From: Scyliorhinus canicula
Lineage: Eukaryota
Assembly: GCF_902713615.1 (NCBI RefSeq)
Contig: NC_052172.1
Coordinates: 19,501,327-19,565,326 of the forward strand
Reading direction: 5' to 3'
Length of the DNA stretch: 64,000 nucleotides
The translations under genes and the position numbers were made by a program. This document shows positions 38,380 to 50,366 of this stretch, in pieces. Position 1 is the stretch's first letter, and each line of letters opens with the position of its first letter. Under the pieces are notes generated by a model. The model ran no database searches. It had not been told where the DNA came from and was given only the letters and a program-made list of their open reading frames with translations.

Positions 38380-38638
38380 CGCTCATTCCTTCTCGCTCGT
38401 TCCCTCCCTCTCTCTCGCTCTCTCTCCCTCCCTCCCCCTCGCTCTCTCTCTCCTCCCCTCCGCCTCTCCCTCCCTCCCTTCGCCCTCTCCCTCCCTCCCT
38501 CCGCCCTCTCCCTCCCTCCCTTCGCCCTCTCCCTCCCTCCCTTCGCCCTCTCCCTCCCTCCCTTCGCCCTCTCCCTCCCTCCCTCCGCCTCTCCCTCCCT
38601 CCCTCCGCCTCTCCCTCCCTCCCTCCGCCTCTCCCTCC
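38380..38638. repeat. Polypyrimidine (CCCT/CCTTCGCCCTCT) low-complexity tandem repeat running into an assembly gap
   Basis: Read directly from the sequence. Confidence 0.92.
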
Positions 38639-38776
38639 NNNNNNNNNNNNNNNNNNNNNNNNNNNNNNNNNNNNNNNNNNNNNNNNNNNNNNNNNNNNNN
38701 NNNNNNNNNNNNNNNNNNNNNNNNNNNNNNNNNNNNNNNNNNNNNNNNNNNNNNNNNNNNNNNNNNNNNNNNNNNN
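38639..38776. other. Assembly gap (N run)
   Basis: Run of n characters. Confidence 0.99.
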
Positions 38777-39289
38777 TGTCGCTATTTTGTGACAATACAG
38801 TGTATGTTGATTCGGGTAGCTGTGTGGTACATGTTGGCAGTGATTAACTTGAACTGTGAAATGCTGCAAACACTCCCCTGTAAGCAGCGTCAGGTTTCTT
38901 GGGCGACCGAGTGGCGTGTGAAATGCATATGCAATTGGCCAGAGGTCAGAAATTAATTCTGAAGTGGCCCCTGTACCTGCAGGACTTGGCCCGTTTCGTG
39001 TTCACACCTTGGATAAACTGAATTGCTTCATGTGAAAATTTGGTCCTGTATAAATTTTGTAGTTTTTGAGAGCTTTTCATAAAAATCTTGCTTTACTCAC
39101 CGAGGTTGATGACCGTTGTAACTTTGTCACCATCTGAGTATACAGGGTTAATTAAACGCTTTAACATTGAACAGATTTGGTAAACACTTTGTCTTCTTCC
39201 CATTTATGCCCATGGTACTCAATAAGGAACAAACTGTGTACGGCACTGACCTTAAAGACCCAACCAAACAACCAAAATATCATTTCCTC

Positions 39290-39955
39290 AATCGAGGAAT
39301 CCCCAACCACCATGGTTGACAGGACGCTCGACCAGGTCTGGTCCATTTCCCACACATCTGCTCTCAGCCTCCTTCCCAGAACTAGGACAGGGTCCCTTGA
39401 CCTCACCTCCGCCTCACCAGCCTTCACATTCAGTAGATCATCCTTCACCCTTTCCACCATCTCCAGCGTGATGACACCACCAAAGATTACTTCCCCTGGT
39501 CTCCCCCTTCAGCATTCCAACGGTACCGTTCCCTCTGCACACTCTGATTCATTCTTCAATCCCCCCTCCTACCGCACGTTTCCACAGATGTAACACACTT
39601 GACTTTTTAACCTCTGCTCTGCTCATTGTCCAAGGCCCTGAACACTCCTTTCCAGGTGAAGCAGCAGTTTATGTGTACTTCTTTCAGTTTGGCACACTGT
39701 ATTATTCACTGCCCGCAGTGCAGTCTGCTCAATGTCGGGAGTACCAGATGCAGGTTGGTTTGGCCGCGTTGCAGTTTGCAAGCGTGACCCCCCCAGTTTC
39801 CTGTGGCCAGTCATTTTAATTCCCCACCTTGTTCTCTCGCTGACCTCTCAGTCCTTGGCATCCTATAGTTCCAATGAAGCTGAACGGGAGCTCGAAGAAC
39901 ATCACCTCATCTTTTAACAGCCATCCGCACTCAACACTGGGTCAATAGTATTAGA
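39290..39955 (+). mobile_element. Penelope-like element relic (GIY-YIG endonuclease region)
   Basis: Degenerate GP.HSFQVKQQF.CTS..L..CI.C..C.L..VG.T..PVASHFNSP..EA.R.LEEHHLIF; associated terminal sequence at ~40300-40540. Confidence 0.8.
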
Positions 39956-41223
39956 ATGGAACCGCTGGCTCCATTGTGTTTCGTTTCTCGGAGTAGGTTT
40001 CGGTTTTACTCTCATTTTTGCTTTAGTTGTTTGTCATCCTGCCACTCACACTGTTAACGTTGCAATCCTGTGCATACTCTAGTTGTAGACGTGTTACAAC
40101 TTGGGGAAATGTTAGGGCATTATTCTTAAATTCAGATTTCCCCAATGTGTCGGGGGAAGGTAAAGGAAGTCTATGTTCGCGACCACTGGGTTTTGTGAAC
40201 AAACATCTGTTAAAGACTGGCTTTCTTTACTGAGTGAACAAGCAGCTAAGTGTAACACATCTGCTCTGGACGCCGTTTGTTTTTTGCTCGTTTCATTACC
40301 ACTTCTTTCAGCCTCTCCCCTGTCCTCCAACCTATCACAGATCTTCCCTTTACTGCGTCTGTCATCTTCCCCCGAACTTCCACTTGCTCAAAATCTGATT
40401 CCATTTCTAACTTTTGCCACTTAAAGATCATCGACGTTAACTTTGTTTCCCTTTGCACAAGTGTTGCCTGACCAGTGGATAATTTCCAGCATTCTCCGTC
40501 TTTACTTCAGATTTCCCGCATCTGCAATATCGCACTTTTGAACTAAATCTTCCACCTCTCCAGTTGTTCTCGGGGAGGTAACCTAGCTTGTATAAATTGC
40601 CCTGTTTCCCTTTACATTGCAGACAAAATCCCATAGAAAAAACCGTCTCGTGCATTGATTTTACGTCTCAGTGGTCACATTTAGAGGATTCTTCCATAAT
40701 AATTTCCTTCCTGAACCACATCCATCCCCTCAATTCAGAGACAGATACAGTAGCAATGAAACCTGCCAAATAAGCAATTTGGAAAATATACTTCGGAGCA
40801 AAGCATGTATAGGTTAATGCCGCACCAATGGGAGTTAGTTCAAAACATTATTTTTTATTACCTAGTGCAAGTTGAGTGGCAAATAACAGCATTGAGAGAG
40901 AGCAAATATTGAGATTCTAAATGCCGAAATATTGAATGGAGTATAGAACTGTTATTCATGATAATTATTTCCCTGTATGTATTTAATTCGCTAACATTTT
41001 GTGTCATTTGTAACTATTAGCAGGGTAATGCAGTCACACAGATTTAATGGCATGACAGGTAACACCTAATTAAATACACCTCAAGCTATTGGTTAGTGAA
41101 AGGGAGTCATATGGAGATTCGAGGGATATGTTAAAACAATCATTCAAATGGTTTTATATCACTATTGACACAAATACTGAAACAATAGTGTTTAGTTGAA
41201 GGAATAACTTTACCAGTCCTCAC

Positions 41224-41338
41224 CTGCTTGTACACCACTTTGGCATGTTTGAGAATGGCAATAATATCTCCAACGACACAGATGCCCAGCTCGTTGATGA
41301 TATCTTTGGTGAGATCCATGAGCATATTCTTCTGTATC
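41224..41338 (-). CDS. C19orf47: C19orf47 ortholog, coding exon 3 (IQKNMLMDLTKDIINELGICVVGDIIAILKHAKVVYKQ)
   Basis: ttctcccag acceptor, gtgagg donor, 115 nt; VVGDIIAILKHAKVV conserved with human. Confidence 0.96.
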
Positions 41339-41829
41339 CTGGGAGAACAAAACAGTTTAAACATAGGTTTTTCATCGCAGGGATGTGGAATCAAATGTCG
41401 CCATCATTCCCGTGTGGGTCGTACAGGAGATGAGCCTGGGTATTCTCAATCCAGTCCCTGGTCCATATTGGTCATACAACAGTCCTCAAATCCAGCGCCA
41501 ACTGTTGACCTTACTTTGAAAGGAATCATCAAACAGCTGTTAGAGGAATTGGGATTTTATTTTTCTCTCTCCAATGTGGAGCTTTACATCTGCGAACTGA
41601 AAGCTGTACCTCTTTCTGTACTCTGCTGTTGTAAACAACATGAATTCTGATCATTTGCTCTCCTTACCTTAGAAAGGATATGCTTAACTTAGAGAGGGGT
41701 CACAAGGGTTCACTGTAAAGCTCTCTGGGCCGAGCGGGCTGCCCACGGGGAGAGGTTGAGTAGAATAGGCCGATAAGCACTGGTGCGTAGAAGAATGAGA
41801 ATTGATCGCATCGGAATGTGTAACATTCT

Positions 41830-42015
41830 AGGGTGGCCCAGTGGTTAGCACTGCTGCCTCACGGCGCCGAGGACCCAGGTTCGATCCTAGCCCTGGGTCA
41901 CTGTCCGTGTGGAGTTTGCACATTCTCCCCGTGTCTGCGTGGGTCTCATCCCCACAACCCAAAGATGCGAAGGGTAGGTGGATTGGCCACGCTAAAATTG
42001 CCCCTTAAAAAAAAA
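41830..42015 (+). mobile_element. A-tailed short HE1 variant
   Basis: 16-bp TSD gaatgtgtaacattct. Confidence 0.9.
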
Positions 42016-42227
42016 TGAATGTGTAACATTCTTAAGAGAGCTTAACAGAAATATGCTGAGGGGACTGTTAATTCTGGTCGGAAAGTCTAGAACATGGGAT
42101 TTGAGTCACAGGATAAGAGGACAGCCATTTTAAGATGAGGAGTTATTTCTTCACACTGATGGTTGTGAACCTTTGGAACTGTCTACCCAGAGTGCTGCGG
42201 ATACTCAGTTGCAGAGTATATCCAAGA

Positions 42228-42432
42228 TGTTTAGGCTTCTGGGTTGCTGTACAGTAAAGGAGACAAGAGTTCTGCTTCTCTACAAAACACCTTTATTCCT
42301 TTGATCCAACTTCACACACAAATCTCCACCCACAAATAGTGCCACATGTAACCCCTTTGTATTTCAGTGACTTCTATTGGATAATTGACATCAAATTAGT
42401 ATTTAATTGGAATTCCGAACCCATTCCTAACA
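42228..42432 (-). mobile_element. Small solo-LTR-like insert within a CR1 relic
   Basis: TGTTTAGG...CCTAACA termini; AATAAA on the reverse strand; interrupts colinear CR1 sequence. Confidence 0.5.
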
Positions 42433-42524
42433 CACGCCTGTGATTTATTTTGGACAATAAGGGAGACAATGAATGTGGGACGGGAAAGTGGGGCGGAGGT
42501 AGAAGATCAGCTATGATCTCACTG

Positions 42525-42752
42525 GGGGCGGCACGGTGGCACAGTGATTAGCATTGCTGCCTACGGCGCTGAGGACCCGGGTTCGATTCCCGGCCCTGAG
42601 TCACTGTCTGTGAGGAGTTTGCACGTTCTCCCTGTGTCTGCGTGGGTTTCACCCCCACAACCCAAAGATGTGCAGGTTAGGTGGATTGGCCACGTTAAAT
42701 TGCCCCTTAATTGGAAAAAATGAATTGGATATTCTAAATTTAAAAAAAAAAA
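42525..42752 (+). mobile_element. A-tailed short HE1 variant, full length
   Basis: Pure poly-A tail; 16-bp TSD agctatgatctcactg at 42509-42524 and 42753-42768. Confidence 0.92.
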
Positions 42753-43699
42753 AGCTATGATCTCACTGAACAGTGGAGCTGGCTCAGGGGACCATGTGGC
42801 CTCCACCTGCTCCTATATCTCCTTTTCATCAGATACTTGCAGCAAGGAAAGCTGTTTGTCAATTCAAGAAGAGAAAATGTTATAAATGTGTTGGGAATTC
42901 AGCCAGCCTTTGGTTACCAGCTTGAGGCTTGATTTGTCGGAACTGCTCTACAGATTTGTTCAAGGACTTTCCCAAAGAAAACTGCTTTTGTCTCCAGACT
43001 ACTGATATTCAAAAGCTTGGATCTCAAACGTATGGGCTCTCCGAAGAGTCGAAGCAGTTTAACAGAAAAGCCTGCTAAAATCATTGCTGATCAAATCAAA
43101 CCATACTCGGTGCATTTAAAGGTAGATTGTGAGGTGTACTCCTGACCTCGTTAGAGGTAGAAATTGCTTTCTTGTACAACTTTGTTTGTTGATTGATTAG
43201 TTGAACGTCTTCATCGTTGAACAAGACAGTTCTTTCAATCACAGGACACCCCCCTGTAATCCATGAAAGCCATCTGTTACTTAACTCACAGGCACCGTTA
43301 GACGGCTACAAGAGAATGGGGACAGAACGGAAAAGATGCCAGCAGAGAGAGAGGGTGTTGCAGAATGGAACATTTGGCCACAGGGCAAGGCTGAAGCAGA
43401 GATCAATGTATTTTTAAAATAAAAGGAAAACTGGATAAAATATTTGAAGCAATAGAAATTTTAGGGCAACTGAAAGAGATCAGTTTAGAACTGATCAGTT
43501 TAGCACAAGAAAAGAACCCGTGTGGACACGACAGCTAAATGCCTCCTTCTGTGTTAGAGACCTTTATGGTTCAATAGAGAAATCAACACGAAACCTGGTG
43601 GGAATGTAAGTGTCACACTGGTGTAATAGGATGTGTTTGGGCTCGGCAAGGATAGAGGAAGCTTTCCTACCCCTGCTCTATCCAATTTAGGAAGGAGTT

Positions 43700-44200
43700 G
43701 GAGCACTGGTGTTACTGTCCGACATGGGAAATATGATATATTGGCCTTGGAAAGAGGGAAAGTGAAGGGTAGATTTACCCTAATGATATCTGGGCTCCAA
43801 GGATTAAATTATGAGGTGCAATTAGACTGGAGTTTAAAAGATTCGGGGGGTGATTTTTCAAGGTATTGAGGGTAGATAGAGAGAAACTACTCTCTGGGGC
43901 TGGGGAGTCGAGACCGAGGGGGCAGAGTCTAAAATTTACAGCCAGACCTTTCGATAGTGAATATGGGAAACACTCCGAGACACAAAAAGGTGGCAGAAGT
44001 TTGGAACTGTCTACCGCAAGCAGCAATTAATCTCTAATCGATTGTGAATTTTAAAGCAGAGATTGATAAGACATTTATTAACCAAAGGTATTAAGGGATA
44101 TGGAAAAAAAACGCATGGAGTTAGGCCGCAGACCAGCCACGATCTCATTGAATGACTGACGGATGAATCTCGAGGGGCGAAATGAGTTCCTCCTGCTTCT
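43700..44200 (+). mobile_element. Degenerate CR1 3' fragment
   Basis: DILALE..RFT.MISGLQGLNYE motif; ends agccacgatctcattgaat..ctcctgct. Confidence 0.78.
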
Positions 44201-44267
44201 GTCACCATTATTAACTGAGCAGCTTGTAGAACTCTTTAGAACTTCAACCACATCGCTGCCTCAGAGT

Positions 44268-44675
44268 AACTCATTGGAATTTAGAAGGATTGGGGAGGGG
44301 GTCTTATAGAAACGTATAAAATTATGAAGTGAATGGATAGGATAGATGCGGGGAGGTTGTTTCCACTGGTGGGTGAAAGCAGAACTAGGGGGCATAGCCT
44401 CAAATAAGGGGAAGTAGATTTGGGTCTGAGTTTAGGAGGAACTTATTCACCCAAAGGGTTGTGAATCTATGGAATTATCCAGTGCCCAGTGAACCAGTTG
44501 AGGCTCCTTCATTAAGTGTTTTCAAGATAAAGATAGATAGTTTATTGAAGAATAAAGGGAAAGAGCGGGAAAGTGGAGCTGAGTCCACAAAAGATCAGCA
44601 ATAATCTCATTGAATGGCGGAGCAAGTTCGAAGGGCCAGATGGCTTACTGCTAGTTCTTATGTTATGTTCTTATG
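44268..44675 (+). mobile_element. CR1 3' fragment
   Basis: agaactagggggcatagcctcaaa..gttgtgaatctatggaatt..gatcagc..tcattgaatggcggagca..(tatgttct)n tail. Confidence 0.85.
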
Positions 44676-45445
44676 TTACCTTGTTCTGTTCAAACAGGGA
44701 GTAAATACTAAGCCCTTCTTCCTATTATGGTTTAGCAATTAATTTGTCAGGGCAAGTTCACAAACTGACTGGGTCCCTGGGTCGCATGAGGGGATCATGG
44801 TGGGGAGTGGGGGTATTGATGATGCAAGCAGCCTTCTTTCTGTCATCATTTGATTTAATGTAGAAACAAAGGAATTTTGCAGCCACAATTGAAGTGTATC
44901 TAATTAGAATGAGCAATGTGCGCCTTCTCCACATCAATACAAACATGAGTGATATTGCAGGAAATCTCAATGAGATTCTGTTTCACAGAGAACTAGGATA
45001 CGGATTCACGTCCATAGCACATGCAGGTTCCCACCCTGATTCATCACCAAAATAAATGATTTGCTCCTATCAATCTCTGGATTATATTAATGAGATAACA
45101 GTCAGGGCTCAAACATGGAAATCTTTTAGATGCTGACAATGCATACCTTTAGGGTTCTTTAGTAAGGAATCATTGGCAGAAGCTCACAGCAGGAATACTA
45201 TTAGATCATCTGCCAGCAGCAACACATTTTTTAAGTGCAAGCTAAATTTAGCTTTATGAAGGAGGCAATTATGGGAACTCATGCTTGTGAGGTGAAAGCA
45301 ATTATCTGTAACTCCTAAATGTTTCATCCCTACCCTGTGTCGGGACATTACCATAGTTAGCATCGGAAATGTGCAGGCGCAGTCTTTCCCAGATGCCACT
45401 TGCCTGTAATTCGAAGAGATTGGTGCTTCAATGAACTGCGCCAGA

Positions 45446-45680
45446 TTTATTTATTTATTTTTTTAAATTTAGAGTAGCCAAATAATTTTTTTCCAATTAA
45501 GGGCCGATTTAGCGTGGCCAATCCACCTATCCTGCACATCTCTGGATTGTGGGAGTGAAACCCACATAAACACGGGGAGAATGTGCAAACTCCACATGGA
45601 CAGTGACCCGGAGATAGGGATCGAACCTGGGACCGTGGCGCCGTGAGGCAGCAGTGCTAACCACTGCACCACCGTGCTGC
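45446..45680 (-). mobile_element. A-tailed short HE1 variant
   Basis: Diagnostic sequence; gccaga on both flanks. Confidence 0.87.
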
Positions 45681-46121
45681 CAGACTGCACCCGGGCCTCT
45701 CATGAACATATTCAGCTTTTGATTAAAGCACAGACTAGTACTTTTCCAGGTTCTTTTTCTTCCTACCTCTGCAGCAAAACACAAGTACTCTCCACTGGTA
45801 GCATTCGGCATGGGGGCTGCCATTTTGTTGTGACTGACCTGACCCCCTCACACTGACCGGCCCAGTGGCTTTTTTAAACTTGCTGTCCCGCGCTTGCTAC
45901 TCCATGGACTAATTCATCTGTGGTGAAATTTAAAAACACCAGCAGCCGTAACATACCGGCGTGGGTGAATGAGGGGCAAGTGGGTTTAAGCAGCTTCATA
46001 CAGAGGGGAAGAAAGTTGGCCTCAGTCTCTCATATACCTCCCATCAGATGCTTATATCCGAATAGGATGGGGCAGTTTGTCAAAATCACAAATAAAACCA
46101 AAACCACCAAGTTCATGTTAT

Positions 46122-46438
46122 GGGCAGCACAAGTGGTTAGCACTGTGGCTTCACAGCGCCAGGGTCCCAGGTTCGATTCCCCGCTTGCTCACTGTCTGTG
46201 CGGAGTCTGCACCTTCTCCCCGTGTCTGCGTGGGTTTCCTCCGGGTGCTCCGGTTTCCTCCCACAGTCCAAAGACGTGCAGGTTAGGTGGATTGGCAGGT
46301 TAGGTGGATGGCCCTTAGTGACCAAAAATGGTTAGATGGGGTTATTGGGTTACGGGGATAGGGTGGAAGTGAGGGCTTAAGTGGGTCGGTGCAGACTCGA
46401 TGGGCCGAATGGCCTCCTTCTGCACTGTATGTTCTATG
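46122..46438 (+). mobile_element. HE1-type V-SINE
   Basis: Head, V-domain and tail. Confidence 0.9.
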
Positions 46439-46543
46439 CTTGTTCTAAGTTCATACATCTAAAGTTTACAGTAGAATAGAGAAAACTGTGCAGGAAGGCC
46501 TCAAGTTCTTTTCAGCTAATTGAGCAAGGGTTAAGAAACATAC

Positions 46544-46631
46544 CTGTTGTCCACAAAGCTGACAGCATAGTTGACAGCAGGTCCTGCAGGAATCCCAGCA
46601 TCTTTGAAAAACTGAATCCACTCCGATGTTG
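46544..46631 (-). CDS. C19orf47: C19orf47 ortholog, coding exon 2 (ATSEWIQFFKDAGIPAGPAVNYAVSFVDNR), SAM-like N-terminal domain
   Basis: ttctgcag acceptor, gtatg donor, 88 nt; near identity to recalled human SEWIQFFKEAGIPPGPAVNYAVMFVDNR. Confidence 0.96.
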
Positions 46632-46894
46632 CTGCAGAACAGAATAACACTTTTAAGTCGATTAAGTCGATTCCCATAGTCAGTTCACTCTTGAAAGGTA
46701 GCATATGACAATAAGGGGTGGAACCTCTGCCCATCCCTACAAGGCAAATATCACTGTTGATTCAGAGTCAGGGTGGGGAGCTCCCCTGTCAAGCAAGAAT
46801 TCCAGTTCCAATAGCTCAGTCAGGGTTCAGCATGTTTCTGGAACTCTAGCACCATGTGATTGAGATGTTTCAGCCACAAGGTGGGTGAAAGTAA

Positions 46895-47110
46895 CCCCCC
46901 CCCCCCCCCCCCCCCCGTACTGACATGGGTGCTGAAGGAGATGCGCCCCCCCCCCCCCCCCTACTGACAAGGGTGCTGAAGGAGATGCGCCCCCCCCCCC
47001 TACTGACAAGGGTGCTGAAGGAGATGCGCCCCCCCCCTACTGACAAGGGTGCTGAAGAAGATGCGCCCCCCCCCCCCCTCCCCCCTACTGACAAGGGTGC
47101 TGAAGGAGAT
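46895..47110. repeat. 5 copies of TACTGACAAGGGTGCTGAAGGAGATG(CG) separated by variable poly-C runs
   Basis: Read directly from the sequence. Confidence 0.93.
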
Positions 47111-47259
47111 GGCCAGTGCATGTCTGAACAATCCATGCAACGGAGGGTGCAAAGCGGATCTTTAATGCATTGTAAATGTGTAGGCCACACAACAATTATG
47201 AATAGAAACTGTGGAAAAATAGTTACAATAATGAAGCAAAAGTAGATCTGATTGAGCTT

Positions 47260-47635
47260 TAGAACATATGAATTAGGAGGAGGCCATCAGCCCTTGAAGT
47301 CTGCTCGGCTATTCAATACGCTCATGGCTGATCTGATCGACCCCACATTCCTATTCACCCCGGATAACCTTTCGTCCCCTTGTTCATCAAGAATCTACCC
47401 AGCTCTGCCGTCAAAATATTCAAAGACTCACAACCCTTGGGAAAAGAAAGGTCTGTTTTAAATGGGCTCCCCCTTATTTTTAAACAGTGGCCCCTTAGTT
47501 CTAGATTCTCTGACAAGAAACATTCTCTCCACATCCATTCCATGAAGATCCCACAGGACCTTATGTTTCAATCGAGTTGCCCCTGATTCTTTGAAACTCC
47601 AGCGGATACAAGCTTCGCCTGTCCAAGGTTTCCTT
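47260..47635 (-). mobile_element. CR1 3' fragment
   Basis: Reverse strand RGHCLKIRG.PFKT motif; tail agaacatatgaattaggag. Confidence 0.8.
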
Positions 47636-47992
47636 GTAAGAATTTATTATTTAGCAGGGGAATCTTAAGTTGTGCAACAGAACAACTTGGCAACATGACA
47701 GGGGAAGACAATAGCGCACACAACCTGTTAATATCTAAGCGAACACCATTGCCATATGCTTTTGAGAAGGTGGTTTCTCAATTTCAGGAACAGTTGTAAT
47801 TCTGCTGCGACGTAATCAACAGCCTGATCTTCAACATCTAGAAATCTGAAAGTCAAAGGGACAACTGGGACTCAAAGACAAGCAATGAGACCAAAATAGC
47901 ACCATTCGCACAACTGTTAGAGCAGAAGACAAAATAGGATAGCCTGCTGTTCGAGATGGATTCTTTTTCAACATTAACACATCATTGCAAAT

Positions 47993-48248
47993 CACAGTGG
48001 TTATCACTGCTGCCTCACAGTGCCAGGGACCCGCTTTGGGCAACTGTGGGGAGTTTGCACATTCTCTCCGTGTCTGCATGGGTTTCCTCTGGGTGCTCCG
48101 GTTTCCTCCCACAGTCCAAAGATGTGCAGGTTAGGTGGGGTTACAGGGATAGGGTGGGGGGGGAGTGGGCCTGGGTAGGGTGCTCTTTCAGAGGGTCAGT
48201 GCAGACTTGATGGGCCGAAAGGCCTCCTTCGGCACTGCAGGGATTCTA
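47993..48248 (+). mobile_element. HE1-type V-SINE
   Basis: Head, V-domain and tail. Confidence 0.87.
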
Positions 48249-49020
48249 ACAATCCATCACCTTAAAAATGAGCTCCTAAAGTCACTGCAGTGCGTACCAT
48301 CCACAGGATCCACTGATACAACTCACCATGGCCATAAATATAAGTTAGACACAAATAAATCCAACAGGAAATTCGGAAGTAATCTTTTACTCAAGGGTGT
48401 GGTCAGAATTTGGACCTCACCACCACATGGGGGGTGGAGGAGAATAGTATTAATGTCAAAACAGGTTAGCTACGTATACGAGGGAAAAGAGAAGAGTGTG
48501 TGTCGGTGAGATGAAGTAGGGGTGGGAGAAGGTTCGTGTGAAGCAGAAAGCGTGTACCAGTTGGATCAATGACTTCCCTCTGCATTATTCACCCTTTCTA
48601 CGTCAGGTAAGCAGAACTGTCTTCCGAATCAAAAACCCGTTAAGCTCCTGCTGTACACACATGCTGTCAGTTTGACAACGGCAACAGCAGGCTAACAATC
48701 TCGCCATTAGTAACCAATCTGGTAACATATTTACTTCGAAACGAGTGCAAGGAACTAGAGGAATTTCTTTTCACAGCTCCTGGTTACAGTCAGACAAAAA
48801 TGTAAAATTCACCTGCCGATGACGCCTGATAAAACTGATGTGTCTTTTTTTTTTTAATTACCCAAGAGCTCAGGAAGCCAATTGTTCCCCATTGCTTTCT
48901 CCATCTCTGGATCAGAGTCAATCAGCACCTGTTTCTGCTATCGAGAGATTATTGTGGTTGTTTGAAATTTTGTATTCTTGCATTTGTCCCGATGAGTGCA
49001 ACATCGAAAGCTTCAGCAAC

Positions 49021-50158
49021 TTGGGAGGGGAACTTGCTGATGGTGGTGATCCCCAATGCACTTGTTGCTCTCATCTTTCTAGGTGGCGGAGGTCGAGGTT
49101 TATATACAATGAATGGTAGAACCCTCAAGAGTATTGAAAGTCAGAGAGATCTAGGTGTACAGGTCCACAGGTCACTGAAATGGGCATCACAGGTGGAGAA
49201 GGTAGTCAAGAAGGCAGACGGCATGCTTGCCTTCATTGGCCGGGGCATTGAGTATAAGCATTGGCAAGTCATGTTGCAGCTGTATAGAACCTTAGTTAGG
49301 CCACACTTGGAGTATAGTGTTCAATTCTGGTTGCCACACGACCAGAAGGATGTGGAGGCTTTAGAGGGGGTGCAGAAGAGATTTACCAGGATGTTGCCTG
49401 GCATGGAGGGCATTAGCTATGAGGAGCGGTTGAATAAACTCGGTTTGTTCTCATTGGAACGACGGAGATTGAGGGGCGACCTGATAGAGGTCTGCAAAAT
49501 TATGAGGGGCAGAGACAGTGGATAGTCAGAGGCTTTTTCCCAGGGTAGAGGGGTCAATTACTAGGGGGCATAGGTTTAAGGTGCGAGGGGCAAGGTTTAG
49601 AGGAGATGTACGAGGCAAGTTTTTTTACACAGAGGGTAGCGGGTGCCTGGAACTCGCTGCCGGAGGAGGTGGTGGAAGCAGGGACGATAGTGACATTTAA
49701 GGGGCATCTTGCCAAATACATGAATAGGATGGGAATAGAGGGATACGGACCCCGGAAGTGTAGAAGATTTAAGTTAGGACGGGCAACGTGGTTGGCACAG
49801 GCTTGGAGGGCCAAAGGGTCTATTCCTGTGCTGTACTTTTCTTTGTTCTTTGGAAGGTGCTGTCAAAGTAAACTTGTTGAGTTGCTCAAGTGCATCTTTT
49901 TGATGGTGTACACTTCTGCTACTATGCATTAATGGTGGAGGGAGTGAATCTTGAAGGTGGTGGATGGTGTACCAATCGAGCAGGGCTCCTTTATCTGGAT
50001 GGTGTCAAGCTTCTCGAGTGTTGTTGGAGCTGCACTCACCCAGGCATTGGAGAGTATTCCATCACAGATCTGACTTGTACCTCCTAGATGGTGGACAGGC
50101 TTTGGGGAGTCAAGAGGTGAGTTACTCGCTGCAGAATCCCCAGCTTCTGACCTGCTCA
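49021..50158 (-). mobile_element. Older CR1/L2-like LINE fragment of a second family, interrupted by the CR1 at 49100-49850
   Basis: AWVSAAPTTLEKLDTIQ...IHSLHH motif typical of LINE ORF2 C-terminal regions. Confidence 0.7.
49100..49850 (+). mobile_element. CR1/HER1-type LINE 3' fragment, well preserved
   Basis: QRDLGVQV..LYRTLVRPHLEYSVQFW..RRLRGDLIEV..WNSLPEEVV; inserted into an older LINE. Confidence 0.93.
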
Positions 50159-50177
50159 TATCTAAAATGCTGTAAAG

Positions 50178-50366
50178 GGCAGCATGGCGGTGCAGTGGTT
50201 AGCACTGCTGCCTCACGGTGCTACACTGTCCTGACCTGGCCACACTGTGTGTGTGGAGTTTGCACATTCTCCCCGTGTTTGCATGGGTCTCACCCCCAGA
50301 ACCCAAAGCTGTGTAGATAGGTGTATTGGCCATGCTAAATTGTCCCTTAATGGGAAAAATTAAAAA
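50178..50366 (+). mobile_element. A-tailed short HE1 variant
   Basis: 13-bp TSD aaatgctgtaaag. Confidence 0.87.

Larger units (their letters stand above)
41655..42815 (+). mobile_element. Degenerate CR1 3' fragment split by two SINEs and an LTR-like insert
   Basis: agaagaatgaga..tctagaac..ggttgtgaacctttggaact..agatcagctatgatctcactgaa CR1 3' motifs. Confidence 0.75.

Noticed and set aside
38207-38956. Pro/Ser- and Arg/Gly-rich ORFs
   Set aside because: Low-complexity repeat spanning an N gap.
46895-47110. Repeat-spacer-like array
   Set aside because: The spacers are only poly-C homopolymers.
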